From the IMG/VR virus record IMGVR_UViG_3300033553_000790: a stretch of 64,000 bases of DNA; one strand, 5' to 3'. Origin of the DNA: an uncultured virus (IMG/VR IMGVR_UViG_3300033553_000790) (taxonomy: Duplodnaviria > Heunggongvirae > Uroviricota > Caudoviricetes). Each line of letters opens with the position of its first letter. Positions within the stretch are counted from its first letter, which is position 1. Of the stretch, positions 39,188 to 49,158 are shown piece by piece. The notes beneath the pieces are model-generated. The model was not told the DNA's origin and ran no database searches. It saw only the letters and a list, made by a program, of their open reading frames with translations. A program made the position numbers and the translations under genes.

Positions 39188-39466
39188 TCAGATAAGCTTT
39201 TTTATAAAAGCTTTACTATTTCCTTCTCTTATATGGATGATCGGGTTATCCAGCCGTCTGTCCGCTTTGAAAACCATAAGCTTCTGACTGTTCTCCCAAA
39301 TAATATCAATCTTCTCAAAGTTTTCGATGAGGAAAATGTCGAATTCCCTTTCCTCATCGCAATTTGAGAAAAAGCTAGGGTAGGTGGCCTTTATAGCTTC
39401 GATGATTTTGTTCGCCCTGAATTCGCTTGTAGGTGACATAATATAGCTCCTTCTTGGTGAATACAT
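39188..39466 (-). CDS. hypothetical protein (start probably MSPTSE)
   Basis: AAGGAG before internal ATG. Confidence 0.5.
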   Translation of the reverse strand: MYSPRRSYIMSPTSEFRANKIIEAIKATYPSFFSNCDEEREFDIFLIENFEKIDIIWENSQKLMVFKADRRLDNPIIHIREGNSKAFIKKLI

Positions 39467-39509
39467 TACAATGATATGATAACATATTTAGAAGGATAAC
39501 AATTAGTCT

Positions 39510-40949
39510 TTACTTTTTATTCAAAGATTTTAGTAAAAACTCTTTTGTCGGGGAAGAGGCTTTATACTGGTTGCTACGTAATTCATTTAAGACTTCTTTA
39601 AGCCATGGACCCGGCTTTCGCTCTGGGAATAGCTCCATAACGTCGTTCCCGTTGACCACATCGGTTTCAGGTCTATCCGCTACGCCTAGGGCTTCAGCTT
39701 TCAACAGGATTTCCTTAGCATAACCCTCATCATTGACTTCTTGGAAGGTAGCCCATGTTCTTACATTTATATTATTAGGTATAGAGTGTGCCCACATTTT
39801 TAACTCATAATCGCTTAAGTCCGCTGGGCCGCTAGTTACAGTCAGGTTGTATGATATATTTTTTGTTTTATCTCCCAGTGTCGTGTAGCTGAGAAAATCA
39901 CGCCTTTTCTCCAACTCTACGTTGTTGGCAACTACAGCCGCTAGCAACGCTACTTTCTCTTCTTTACCTAAAGTATTATAGTTTCCGCTTAACTGCATAG
40001 AGTGTAAATTATTTCTCATAGCTTCAGTGTTAGCTTCTTTCAAACCGGGGATTTTCTCATCCCATTCTGTCTGACTTAAAACCTCATACCCCCTAGAGAT
40101 ATCCTGACCTTTCTCATACATTTTCTGGAATTCTATTTGAACTCGCTCTTTAGATATTGAACCGAACTCCTCCTTAAGTGATATGGCTTTAGTAATAGTA
40201 TCAGGGTGCATGGTCATATCAAAACGAGCTGCCATTTGAACCCCACGTAATACGCGGAGAGGATCTTCGTCAAAAGCATCGGAGACGTGATGTAGTTCTT
40301 TTGCTTTAATGTCAGCTACACCACCATGGCAGTCAATGATCATTTTCAAATCATCATCATAAAGAAGGGTGTTGATAGTGAAGTCGCGCCTAGAGGTGGC
40401 TTCCTCTAAAGACATTTCCGGGTCAACATCTACGCTAAAAGCTTTATGTGTATCCCCTGTCTTCTTTTCTTTCCTAGGTAAAGATATGTCGAAATCATCA
40501 TTACCTAATTTTATTTTGAGAACACCGAAAGCCTTACCGACCTCATCTACGTTACCTATTTTCTTAAGGGAAGCCGCGACCCTCTCAGGTGAGCCACCAT
40601 AAACTTCGATATCTATATCCTTAGATTCTTTCTTTAGAAGAGCATCTCTCACAATACCTCCAACTATGAATCCCTGAAGGCCATCTTTACGTAGCTGCCT
40701 TATAACTTTAGATGCGTTATAGGGTATCTCCATATCAAAATCTTCGACATGGTTGACTATCTGTTTTTTTAAGCCTTTTAGCTTATCAACTTTTTCATAC
40801 GTAGTTGTAGCAAGTTCCTTATGGCTAACATCGCCGGTTTCGTTGAAAGCTCTTAGGTGGTATTGTTTTTTAGCTTGTAGATTGCGAAGTTTAATTCCAT
40901 AAACATTCTGGGCGCATCGTTTTCCGCCATCAGATTTAGATTGGCACAT
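39510..40949 (-). CDS. cca: CCA-adding tRNA nucleotidyltransferase (class II) with N-terminal extension
   Basis: VGGIVRD, KDIDIE, RRDFTIN, EDPLRVLR...AARF, ERV..EF.K, PGPW; start at MCQSK. Confidence 0.9.
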   Translation of the reverse strand: MCQSKSDGGKRCAQNVYGIKLRNLQAKKQYHLRAFNETGDVSHKELATTTYEKVDKLKGLKKQIVNHVEDFDMEIPYNASKVIRQLRKDGLQGFIVGGIVRDALLKKESKDIDIEVYGGSPERVAASLKKIGNVDEVGKAFGVLKIKLGNDDFDISLPRKEKKTGDTHKAFSVDVDPEMSLEEATSRRDFTINTLLYDDDLKMIIDCHGGVADIKAKELHHVSDAFDEDPLRVLRGVQMAARFDMTMHPDTITKAISLKEEFGSISKERVQIEFQKMYEKGQDISRGYEVLSQTEWDEKIPGLKEANTEAMRNNLHSMQLSGNYNTLGKEEKVALLAAVVANNVELEKRRDFLSYTTLGDKTKNISYNLTVTSGPADLSDYELKMWAHSIPNNINVRTWATFQEVNDEGYAKEILLKAEALGVADRPETDVVNGNDVMELFPERKPGPWLKEVLNELRSNQYKASSPTKEFLLKSLNKK

Positions 40950-40974
40950 ATTTCGAATCACTCTCCGTTAAAAA

Positions 40975-41175
40975 TTAGTATACAAATCGTCTTTTATAGT
41001 GGACTTCTTCTTTAGGGCGAAGCTTTTTAACCTCGCCATTCCTTAACGTAACGACCACCCCATCACCCTCAGTTTTAACGTTACGCACATAGTTTCCTTT
41101 TCCTTTATCATCATATAGTACATCGCCATACTCAAGGTATTTCGCCGCTATAGTTCCCTCACGTTCACTTGTCAT
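40975..41175 (-). CDS. hypothetical protein
   Basis: AAGGGG RBS. Confidence 0.55.
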   Translation of the reverse strand: MTSEREGTIAAKYLEYGDVLYDDKGKGNYVRNVKTEGDGVVVTLRNGEVKKLRPKEEVHYKRRFVY

Positions 41176-41299
41176 AATACATATTCCCCTTTACTGTAAT
41201 AGTGATTTATGTCCTAGCGTGTTTCTATCTAACATAGCCGATACTAATTAGTATAAGGCAAAGAAGCTTTATACTGTTCATCTATTTTAGGAGAATGAT

Positions 41300-41524
41300 A
41301 TGTCTAGAACTAACAAACAAATTCCACCAACAGTGAAGACTAATGGAAAAGCTGAATACCAAGTTGATGAGAAGGGATTAAAGACATCAGGACAGAAAAG
41401 AGACGTGAGGTTAGAGAACAGGAAAGACCGACATGAAGCAGCAGCGGCGGCAAAGATAAATCAAGAGAGTAATGATTTCTTACCTAAACACCATGTGAAA
41501 AGTACTTTTACTAGATCTTTTTAG
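41300..41524 (+). CDS. small basic hypothetical protein
   Basis: AGGAG RBS. Confidence 0.6.
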   Translation: MSRTNKQIPPTVKTNGKAEYQVDEKGLKTSGQKRDVRLENRKDRHEAAAAAKINQESNDFLPKHHVKSTFTRSF

Positions 41525-41594
41525 CTAAATACTTATCGCAGTTTGCCGATTGGTTAGATAATAACCTGTCAGTTACAGGGAAATGAGATAAGCT

Positions 41595-41756
41595 ATGAGT
41601 GGAAAACGTAAATTAGTAAAACTCAGTACGCCCAGGAAAGCGTTAATTTTAGTTACAATGTTTATTTTCACCGTAGCGGTTGTTTCTTGTGGGCAGTCAT
41701 ATGATGTTAACAGTGATGATGTTAGGCTGAGCTCAACAATTACCGTTGAGCGGTAA
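41595..41756 (+). CDS. 53-aa lipoprotein-like peptide (absent from ORF track)
   Basis: MSGKRKLVKLSTPRKALILVTMFIFTVAVVSCGQSY...; basic N-region, hydrophobic core, VVSC lipobox. Confidence 0.55.
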   Translation: MSGKRKLVKLSTPRKALILVTMFIFTVAVVSCGQSYDVNSDDVRLSSTITVER

Positions 41757-41785
41757 TCTATTGTCTGAAACTGATTATGAGACTA

Positions 41786-42040
41786 CTACGCGTCAGAAGG
41801 CACTCGCTGGCACTCTTTGTGTAAGATGATGCCTTTACCGTCGTTAAGAGACTTCAAGTAGCTCACTACTGAGTCAATATCAGGGTACACACCAGAGGGC
41901 TCACCAAGGTAATCATAACTTGATTTGACAGCTGCACTGGCGTGCTTATCAACATTTACAGATACCGGATAGAAAGTCCAACCGTTTTTACTAGAGTCCG
42001 GGTGCTTTCTGACGAGATAAGGCTCAGTGTAGTCTGTCAT
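41786..42040 (-). CDS. hypothetical protein
   Basis: AGGAG RBS. Confidence 0.6.
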   Translation of the reverse strand: MTDYTEPYLVRKHPDSSKNGWTFYPVSVNVDKHASAAVKSSYDYLGEPSGVYPDIDSVVSYLKSLNDGKGIILHKECQRVPSDA

Positions 42041-42115
42041 TATTATTTAACTCCTGTTCTTGACTTATTCTACCATATTCTATCGGGATAACAATAATAT
42101 GATAGAATAGGTAAC

Positions 42116-42370
42116 ATGTTCACTGAAAAAGTCACTCCATTAGAAGGAGATCTCATCTCTTCGATAAACGATCTGCGCCTTAAAAATGGAATAAAAGGTA
42201 GCCGAGAAATATTCGTGAACATTCCATCCCGAATAGGGAGCGACCCAGAATTTAACTCTATGCGTAAAACAATTATAGAAAATTGTAATGTATATTCAGG
42301 GGATTTAGCTGATGGATTGTACTCGGATGGGGTAACCGAAGACATAACAGTTGATGTTTACCCCTTCTAA
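42116..42370 (+). CDS. hypothetical protein
   Basis: ORF; competes with antisense ORF 42070..42345. Confidence 0.45.
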   Translation: MFTEKVTPLEGDLISSINDLRLKNGIKGSREIFVNIPSRIGSDPEFNSMRKTIIENCNVYSGDLADGLYSDGVTEDITVDVYPF

Positions 42371-42405
42371 CGTTCCGACTTAATTCCTGTGATAGTAAAT
42401 CGGCT

Positions 42406-43422
42406 TTAGAACGGCGGTGGTGGCTCTTCGTCAAAGAAAGGGATGAGCTCCCCTTGAACATAACTTCCGTATGTTCCGTCAGCTTCCTCTAGAGATATAA
42501 TTTCTTCAGCAGAGCGGCTGGGCGAACTTGAATTTTTATTCAAAGAGCTAGAAACTTTATGCCCTATTCTATCTATTTCAAATTCTTGGCAGAAACTGTC
42601 GAAAAGTTGATAGTCGGATATGAGGGCCAATGCTAACAAATCTAAACCGACTTCTGTAAGTTCCATGTCTGTCACTAGTTTATTTAACTTATAGTTAAGC
42701 CTCGCAATTTCCACCCCATCATGTATTGCTTGATAAACTTTACCTGGTTTATTAGCAGTGTTTTCTAGGAGCTCCTCAAAGTTTTCAGAAGCGTTAATGA
42801 GATTAACAGCTGTTTTAGGGCCCACGCCAGCTATACCAGGCAAGTTATCTGCTTTCTCGCCAACTAGTGCAGCTAGCTCACGGTAACGGTTCGCCGGAAT
42901 GCCATACTTCTCCGAAGCTCTCTCCGGGGTTATAATGTCAACTTCGCGTAAACCCCTTATGGGAACTATGATCGAGATGTTATTATCAACTAACTGAATT
43001 AGATCTTTATCAGCGGAGACTACTAAAACTTCAAAACCATCCGCTGCAGAAGATGTGGCTAAACTTGCGGCTATATCATCCGCTTCGAAACCTGGAACTT
43101 CTAAAAATTTAACACCAAGTTTCTCTAAGCCCTGCTTTATTATCGGAACCTGAGAGATTAGATCGTCTGGGGTTTTCTGCCTACCATCCTTGTAAGTCGG
43201 CAACTCATCTTTACGGAAAGAAGGGCCGTAAGCATCGAACGCTATGAATAGATGTGTTGGGTTGTAATCATCAACTAGTTTAGCTATCCATGTGAAAAAA
43301 CCCTGAACGGCGTTATTCGGGACTTTAGAATTTTCATTTACGGGCCAACCATAATAAGCTCTATAGATGAGAGACATACCATCGACAATGATGAGCTTAC
43401 CTTTGTTTTCGTTTTTATCCAT
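42406..43422 (-). CDS. stand-alone 5'-3' exonuclease / flap endonuclease (PolA N-terminal domain)
   Basis: IVDG.SL.YRAYY, AFD..GPSFR, YK.GR, FEADD, SADKDL.QL, G...DNLPGI.GVGPKTA. Confidence 0.93.
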   Translation of the reverse strand: MDKNENKGKLIIVDGMSLIYRAYYGWPVNENSKVPNNAVQGFFTWIAKLVDDYNPTHLFIAFDAYGPSFRKDELPTYKDGRQKTPDDLISQVPIIKQGLEKLGVKFLEVPGFEADDIAASLATSSAADGFEVLVVSADKDLIQLVDNNISIIVPIRGLREVDIITPERASEKYGIPANRYRELAALVGEKADNLPGIAGVGPKTAVNLINASENFEELLENTANKPGKVYQAIHDGVEIARLNYKLNKLVTDMELTEVGLDLLALALISDYQLFDSFCQEFEIDRIGHKVSSSLNKNSSSPSRSAEEIISLEEADGTYGSYVQGELIPFFDEEPPPPF

Positions 43423-43537
43423 ATGTCAAATATAGGCATCATTGCAAATAATATTCAACAAAGTTCGATAGGAACATGTTCGCAAGAAGTTTATAACAGC
43501 ACAATCAGCTATTCATAATATAAGGGAGCGAACACAA

Positions 43538-43813
43538 GTGAAACTAAAACTTGCCGAAGTACAGAACAAAATCGAAAACAAACTAGAATTTTCCGCTTCC
43601 GGAAGTATGGATGCTCGAAAATTCGGCCACCTGTATGTAGTTTATTCTTATGTAACCCCAATCGCCATTTTTGATTCTGAGACAGGAGAATGGCAGGTTG
43701 ATGTACAGAAGTATTCCGTTACTACCGCTAAACACAGGGGAATAGTATTAAGAGCGGCGAAAGTCAATGAAGAAATCGTAAATGAAGCTGAAGAGGACCT
43801 TGTTATAAAATGA
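43538..43813 (+). CDS. phage-type hypothetical protein
   Basis: YVVYSY.TPIA ... KYSVTTAKH. Confidence 0.65.
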   Translation: MKLKLAEVQNKIENKLEFSASGSMDARKFGHLYVVYSYVTPIAIFDSETGEWQVDVQKYSVTTAKHRGIVLRAAKVNEEIVNEAEEDLVIK

Positions 43814-44025
43814 AAAAAGCTAACTTCCTAGAATGGTATGCCGAAGAAACGGATGCTCTCATCCTGAAGCAACCTGAAGCTGCTGAAGAGATTTATACTG
43901 CTGCGTTCAGCAACCCGAATGTAATGTTTATCCACTGGGACAGATATGTTGATTATTGTGCGGCAAATAAAATCATCCAATTGGATGCCACGCCGTACCG
44001 TTTAGAACTACCTACTACGGACTGA
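43810..44025 (+). CDS. hypothetical protein
   Basis: ATGA overlap. Confidence 0.55.
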   Translation: MKKANFLEWYAEETDALILKQPEAAEEIYTAAFSNPNVMFIHWDRYVDYCAANKIIQLDATPYRLELPTTD

Positions 44026-44032
44026 CGCTTGA

Positions 44033-44212
44033 ATGATGTTGATTTCTGAAGAAACCGAGTTATTCATGATATATGTGGAATGTCTCGAAATAATAAGCGC
44101 AATGGACTACTGGGAAGTTATGAGCATTTTCGATTTTCTTGACGACATACACTCAGAAGCTACATCCGGGATAAATGTTTTAGAAATTTACGCGAATTCC
44201 CCTTCCATTTAG
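44033..44212 (+). CDS. hypothetical 59-aa protein (absent from ORF track)
   Basis: MMLISEETELF...NSPSI fills the gap. Confidence 0.4.
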   Translation: MMLISEETELFMIYVECLEIISAMDYWEVMSIFDFLDDIHSEATSGINVLEIYANSPSI

Positions 44213-44294
44213 CCTCGAAAGTTTATTTTTATGTTAAACACGTTAGATACGGGAACTGAACAAACGCAGAACTAAATCACGATAGGGAAACTTA

Positions 44295-44498
44295 ATGAAA
44301 ACACGATACTATGAAAAAGCAGATATAACAGCAGTTCGCGATGAAAAGGGGAGTATATGCTTGTATCAAGGTAAATTCCAAGTTAATGGGTCACTACCTT
44401 CCGTGAAGTCGCTTCTTATGGTTATGTCATCTAAGAAGAAAAAACCTTCATTTCCCGAAACCGAAAACGAAATGATAGAGATTGTTAGACATGCGTAG
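44295..44498 (+). CDS. hypothetical protein
   Basis: CGTTAG at 44241. Confidence 0.55.
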   Translation: MKTRYYEKADITAVRDEKGSICLYQGKFQVNGSLPSVKSLLMVMSSKKKKPSFPETENEMIEIVRHA

Positions 44499-44820
44499 AA
44501 TATTATTTGTAGATGATCTGAGAGATTTCCCTCTTCCTGACCTCAACGCTGACATCGTTAGAAGTAGCGAGGCGGCATTAGAGCAGCTTAAAAGCGGAAA
44601 AGCGTATGATGAAATATGGCTAGATCATGACTTGGGGGGCGATGACACTTCGATGCCAATAGTTTACTGGTTAGCTGAGAGAGCTTTCAACGGTAATCCT
44701 TACCCTGTAGAGAAAGTGGTTGTTCACACAGCGAACCCCGTAGGTAGAAAGAACATAGTTAGCAGCTTAACTAGATGGGGTTATAATCATCAAATAGCGT
44801 CAGCTACCAGCTGGAAGTAA
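44491..44820 (+). CDS. cyclic-phosphate-processing receiver-like domain protein
   Basis: ILFVDDLR, EIWLDHDLG, VVHTANPVG..NI. Confidence 0.8.
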   Translation: MRRILFVDDLRDFPLPDLNADIVRSSEAALEQLKSGKAYDEIWLDHDLGGDDTSMPIVYWLAERAFNGNPYPVEKVVVHTANPVGRKNIVSSLTRWGYNHQIASATSWK

Positions 44821-44821
44821 T

Positions 44822-45241
44822 TTAGTTAACTAACTCCCACGGGCCAGTCCACATGCTACCTGGATTTGGGCCTGTTCTAACAACAGGTTTACGATGAACC
44901 GTGTACGGTTGGCCCATCAACCATTTCTTACCCGGATGGCGTGCTTCTTCTTCATTTTCGCATTCTTCAGGTTCTGTATCCATAGGGGTTTTAGAGCCCC
45001 ATATCCAGCGCTCTAGATAAGCTGGCTTATCACCATGAACAGCAGTGTCCCCGTTACTTAACTTCATAACCCACTGGCCAGGTTCAAGAATAATACCATA
45101 GCACAGGAACTTTCCATTATCACGGGTCCAGTCCCCGTGGTTGCGCCCTAAGAACCTAGCGATAGTATCACCGTTAGAGCCGTCAACCCATTGCATCGCT
45201 TCAATCCGGTCGAAACCTAAATAATATATTTCATCAACCAT
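44822..45241 (-). CDS. phage-type hypothetical protein
   Basis: IEAMQW.DG.N, PGQWVMK. Confidence 0.6.
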   Translation of the reverse strand: MVDEIYYLGFDRIEAMQWVDGSNGDTIARFLGRNHGDWTRDNGKFLCYGIILEPGQWVMKLSNGDTAVHGDKPAYLERWIWGSKTPMDTEPEECENEEEARHPGKKWLMGQPYTVHRKPVVRTGPNPGSMWTGPWELVN

Positions 45242-45278
45242 GTGAGTATATCTCCTCTGCTTTAATATTTTTCTAACG

Positions 45279-45680
45279 TCAGGAAAGTGGGGACCACATG
45301 TTTCGCATGTATTCCCAACGGGGTGTCAACCATGCGCGGACAGCAGGTTCATCTGTTTTTTCTACAGACACAGTTGCTCGCACCATAATTCCTTTTCGGG
45401 GCATCATCCAAAAGAGCTCAAGTTCATCGGACTGACCTTCGACTGAAGTGTAATCATGCCAATCCCAACGATATAGGAAATCCATATCCAAATCAGCGTC
45501 ATACCTTGAAGGGCCCTCAACAAAAGCATCCCAGGAATCAAAACGGTCAGTATAGCTTCCGCCACCAACAAAAGATCTTTCCGGACCATAAAACGGATGT
45601 CCAGTTTCCCATAGGTGCTTGTTGCTCATTTTGTTACCTTCCAGAAGATCATTAGTTAAGATAGGAAGATCATACCACAC
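45279..45680 (-). CDS. phage-type hypothetical protein (start probably MSNKHLW)
   Basis: HLWE..HP.Y, D.D...LYRWDW, PRKG, DEP.VR.WL. Confidence 0.7.
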   Translation of the reverse strand: MWYDLPILTNDLLEGNKMSNKHLWETGHPFYGPERSFVGGGSYTDRFDSWDAFVEGPSRYDADLDMDFLYRWDWHDYTSVEGQSDELELFWMMPRKGIMVRATVSVEKTDEPAVRAWLTPRWEYMRNMWSPLS

Positions 45681-45707
45681 GGAACAGAATAATTCAAGGC
45701 TAGTTTA

Positions 45708-46376
45708 TTAAAGTAACCTGATGAATGTAGGGTTGGTTTGCCATATTCCTCGTACCTGAATTGTTTTACCAGGGCGAGGAGAATCAATCTGCAGACCGTT
45801 ACCTACATATATACCAACATGTCCTGGGGACCAGATAAGATCGCCTGGTTGAGGGGATGAAACCACAGTGCCGTAGTTTCTTTGTGCGCTAGAAACGCTA
45901 GACATTGATACGCCAAATTGTCCATAAACATATGATGTGAAACCGGAACAGTCAAAACCGCCAGGGCCTTTACCGCCGCTCACATATGGTGTCCCTACGA
46001 ACTGTTTAGCGAAAGCAACAAGGTCTGAACCTCTTTTAGTTCCAGTGTGTGAGTAATCTATAGCTCGGGAAACAGGTGCCGCTGCGCGCTGGCGTGTAAC
46101 TACGGGCGCAGGTGGAGGCGGCGGCGGGTCCGGTATAACTTGTATCTCAGGTCCCACATAGTTATATTTCGCATCGGCGTCAGCATGAATAGGGCTGATA
46201 GATGTGTCATGCTGGTAATTAGCGTTTAATTTAACTTCGCTTGGGGCGCTATCAACTATCTGGACAAAGCTGGCAACATCTTTAGATTCGTCTGACACAC
46301 TAGATGGAAATGCGAAGCCAGGAGCTACCATTAAAGACGGAACAAGCACAAAACTAGCTATACTTTTCATTATCAT
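45708..46376 (-). CDS. secreted NlpC/P60 peptidoglycan hydrolase
   Basis: GTPYV.GG..P.GFDCSGFT.YVY, PGDLIW.PGHVGIY.G; signal peptide. Confidence 0.93.
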   Translation of the reverse strand: MIMKSIASFVLVPSLMVAPGFAFPSSVSDESKDVASFVQIVDSAPSEVKLNANYQHDTSISPIHADADAKYNYVGPEIQVIPDPPPPPPAPVVTRQRAAAPVSRAIDYSHTGTKRGSDLVAFAKQFVGTPYVSGGKGPGGFDCSGFTSYVYGQFGVSMSSVSSAQRNYGTVVSSPQPGDLIWSPGHVGIYVGNGLQIDSPRPGKTIQVRGIWQTNPTFIRLL

Positions 46377-46489
46377 ATTTTTCGAACCACGCTATATTTT
46401 ACTAGACAAATGTGGGCTCGGCTGAGCGCACGGTTATAAAGTATCGGTTGTAAAATAAGAAAAAATGAGAAAGTTCATGTAGATGTAGA

Positions 46490-46948
46490 TTACTTCCGCG
46501 AATCTTGCCCCAAAATAGCTGTGTACATTTTCTCACCAAGTGTTTCACGGAACGAGAACTTACCTTTACTACCAGAAGCTTTGTGGGTAGCATTCAAAGA
46601 AGACGCAACTACCATATTTATAGCCGTTGTGATACTAGCTTCAGCAATAACGTTAGCTTCTTCAATCAAGTCGCCGTCTGTGATACTCTTACTGTAGTTG
46701 TCAACCGGTAAAATAATCTCATTCGAGCCGTAATTCCAACTGGATTTCGAAGATAAATCTTTGATAGCTAAATTTATTTCCTCTAAGATAACATTCATTT
46801 TTAAGTTATTAGGGATTTTGTCCGTCATGAAATCCGATATCTTATTTGGGAAGTTAATTTTAGCAGTGTTATTAAACTCGTTTTCGAGCTTTCTAAATAG
46901 TGTATCAGTTCGGTATTCGTCTTTAACACTAACAGCATATGCTAACAT
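46490..46948 (-). CDS. hypothetical protein
   Basis: AAGGAG RBS. Confidence 0.6.
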   Translation of the reverse strand: MLAYAVSVKDEYRTDTLFRKLENEFNNTAKINFPNKISDFMTDKIPNNLKMNVILEEINLAIKDLSSKSSWNYGSNEIILPVDNYSKSITDGDLIEEANVIAEASITTAINMVVASSLNATHKASGSKGKFSFRETLGEKMYTAILGQDSRK

Positions 46949-47068
46949 TTTTCACTCCTTGTAAGGTTGTCCAATACCCGTAATGGGATATTATGGTTTA
47001 ATTTTACCACGTAAAAAATATTATGGTAAAATTATCAGCATAAGTTAAGTAAAGGAAGGTGGTTCGCT

Positions 47069-48859
47069 TTGTACAGTAGAGATGATATACAGTTAATCAA
47101 AAGACAAGTTAAAATAAGTGAGCTGCTGGAAAAACACTATAAAGCTAGCATCGTTAAAGCTGGCACATCTATGAAAACAACCTGCCCTTTACCGGAGCAT
47201 AATGAAAGAACCCCGTCTTTTCATATTAAAGATGATGCGGAAAGTTGGCATTGTTTCGGTTGTGGTGAGAGCGGAGATATATTTAGTTTAGTATCTAAAA
47301 TAGATCAGATCAGTTTTCCTGAAGCTATAAAAACAATAATCGAATTATATAATTTAGACATACAAGACACTAAAGGCAGTAAAGAAGATTATTCTGGCCC
47401 TTCTTTGAAAGATCTGCGGGACGCTATTAAATATGCTTCGGAATGGTATTCCCAGAAACTATTTGAAAGGAACCAGTCAGCGGCAGCGGCAATAGAAATA
47501 ATTAAGAGTAGAAACTTAAATAACTTTGAGCTAATAGATCAGTATGGGGTGGGTTACGCACCCAGCGGGGATGTCCTTCTGAAAGAGATGACCGCGAAAG
47601 GGTACTCAATAGAAATTCTCGAAAAAGCTGGACTAATTAAAAAACGAGATCCTGATGCTGAAAAAATAGAATACACTGATGTCTTCAAAAATAGACTACT
47701 ATGGACTATAGCTGATAAATATGGGAAGCCAATTGGTTTCGGCGGCAGAAGAATTAACGATGAAAACACCAAAATTCCTAAATACTTAAACTCCTCAGAA
47801 AGTGCGGTATACAGCAAAACTAACGTGCTTTGGGGTTTGAATATCGCTACGAAAGCAGCTCGTGAGCAGGGTCGAATTTTCGTAGCCGAGGGCTACACTG
47901 ACGTTATGGCTATAAATGCTGCCGGGTTCCCAAATGCCGTAGCTCCTTGCGGTACAGCATTCACAAGGGAACAGGGTGAGTTAATTAAGAACCTTCGAGA
48001 TAAACCACTCGAAGTTTATTTTGTCTTTGATGGAGACAAAGCCGGGCAGAACGCGGCGTTGAAAATTTTCAGTGACGGCCTATATGATTTGAGGTACTCA
48101 TACGTAATCATCCCCTCAAACAAAGCAGGGGAAAGAGTAGATCCTTGCGACCTATTTGTTCAAGAAGGCGCTGCTGGCCTTAAGAACCTTCTGACTTCAG
48201 CTGCTAACGCCCAATCTGTTGTTGAGTTCGCACTGAACAGCGAACGCGAAAAGCACGATTTGTCATCACCGGAGGGTCGTTCAAAATACGTTGACGCATG
48301 TGTGGAGTTGTTAAACAAAGTTGAACAGTACTCTCTGCGTTTAGAATACGTAAAAATTGTAGCTAGAGAAGCCGGTTGGCAAGTTGATGATGTAGTGAGG
48401 ATGCTATCTAAAAAAAGTGTCAGAGGCGAATCTCATAAATCCAATACAGGGCTAACATTAAGTATAGAGGATCGTTTAACGTCAGCTTTACTTAACTTTC
48501 CGATGAGCGCTTATAAAATGTTTGAAGAAGCAGGCGAAAAAGCCTTCCCTGGAGCTAACGATCTGATAGATAAGGAACTAGTTGATATATATGAACTAAT
48601 TCTGATGACCATGCCGCTACTTAAAGGAGAGAAGGGCGCTATATCAGAAGATGACGTTAACAACCCGAACCTCTTGAATAAATTGAGTGTCATCCCGTTC
48701 TTCTCAGCTAACGGAGATGAGATAAAAGACAACACTTCGGATTCAGGGTTGCTATTAGCCAATATATCTGCTAAGGTAAAGTCATTACACAGAACAAGGA
48801 ACAAAAGCCTTGTTGAAGATTTAGATAATTTTCAAAATGAAACTAAGGAGACGCAATGA
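47069..48859 (+). CDS. dnaG: DNA primase, DnaG type
   Basis: CHC2 finger CPLPEHNERTPSF..WHCFGC, FGGR, PKYLNS, AEGYTDV, FDGD.AG (TOPRIM), DP.D. Confidence 0.95.
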   Translation: MYSRDDIQLIKRQVKISELLEKHYKASIVKAGTSMKTTCPLPEHNERTPSFHIKDDAESWHCFGCGESGDIFSLVSKIDQISFPEAIKTIIELYNLDIQDTKGSKEDYSGPSLKDLRDAIKYASEWYSQKLFERNQSAAAAIEIIKSRNLNNFELIDQYGVGYAPSGDVLLKEMTAKGYSIEILEKAGLIKKRDPDAEKIEYTDVFKNRLLWTIADKYGKPIGFGGRRINDENTKIPKYLNSSESAVYSKTNVLWGLNIATKAAREQGRIFVAEGYTDVMAINAAGFPNAVAPCGTAFTREQGELIKNLRDKPLEVYFVFDGDKAGQNAALKIFSDGLYDLRYSYVIIPSNKAGERVDPCDLFVQEGAAGLKNLLTSAANAQSVVEFALNSEREKHDLSSPEGRSKYVDACVELLNKVEQYSLRLEYVKIVAREAGWQVDDVVRMLSKKSVRGESHKSNTGLTLSIEDRLTSALLNFPMSAYKMFEEAGEKAFPGANDLIDKELVDIYELILMTMPLLKGEKGAISEDDVNNPNLLNKLSVIPFFSANGDEIKDNTSDSGLLLANISAKVKSLHRTRNKSLVEDLDNFQNETKETQ

Positions 48860-49158
48860 CAAACGACACGTTAACTAATAAGGCGACAACCACAGCTTTG
48901 GATAATGCGGAAGCTGCTGAGTTTCTTCGTCAGGAAATCCAGTCCGCCCTGAAGGAATACTCCACTAAGTTAGGCGATCTGTGCGACCAAGGAGACTGCA
49001 ACTCTATTGCTTTCATGTTCGCAGCTAAGAACAGCCTCATTCCCGAACTAATGTTCTGTGGTCATCATGGCCGTAAATCCCAAGACGCGCTGACGCAGCA
49101 AGGTTTCGTATTTGAAGACCGCACAAGTGCTCTGCCAACTCGTATGGAAGTCAATTAA
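48856..49158 (+). CDS. small Zn-binding actinobacterial-type protein
   Basis: DLCD..DC...A ... LMFCGHH. Confidence 0.6.
   Translation: MTNDTLTNKATTTALDNAEAAEFLRQEIQSALKEYSTKLGDLCDQGDCNSIAFMFAAKNSLIPELMFCGHHGRKSQDALTQQGFVFEDRTSALPTRMEVN

Noticed and set aside
42367..42372. CTAACG copy as a promoter
   Set aside because: Overlaps the stop of 42116..42370 and only precedes a doubtful antisense ORF; not counted.
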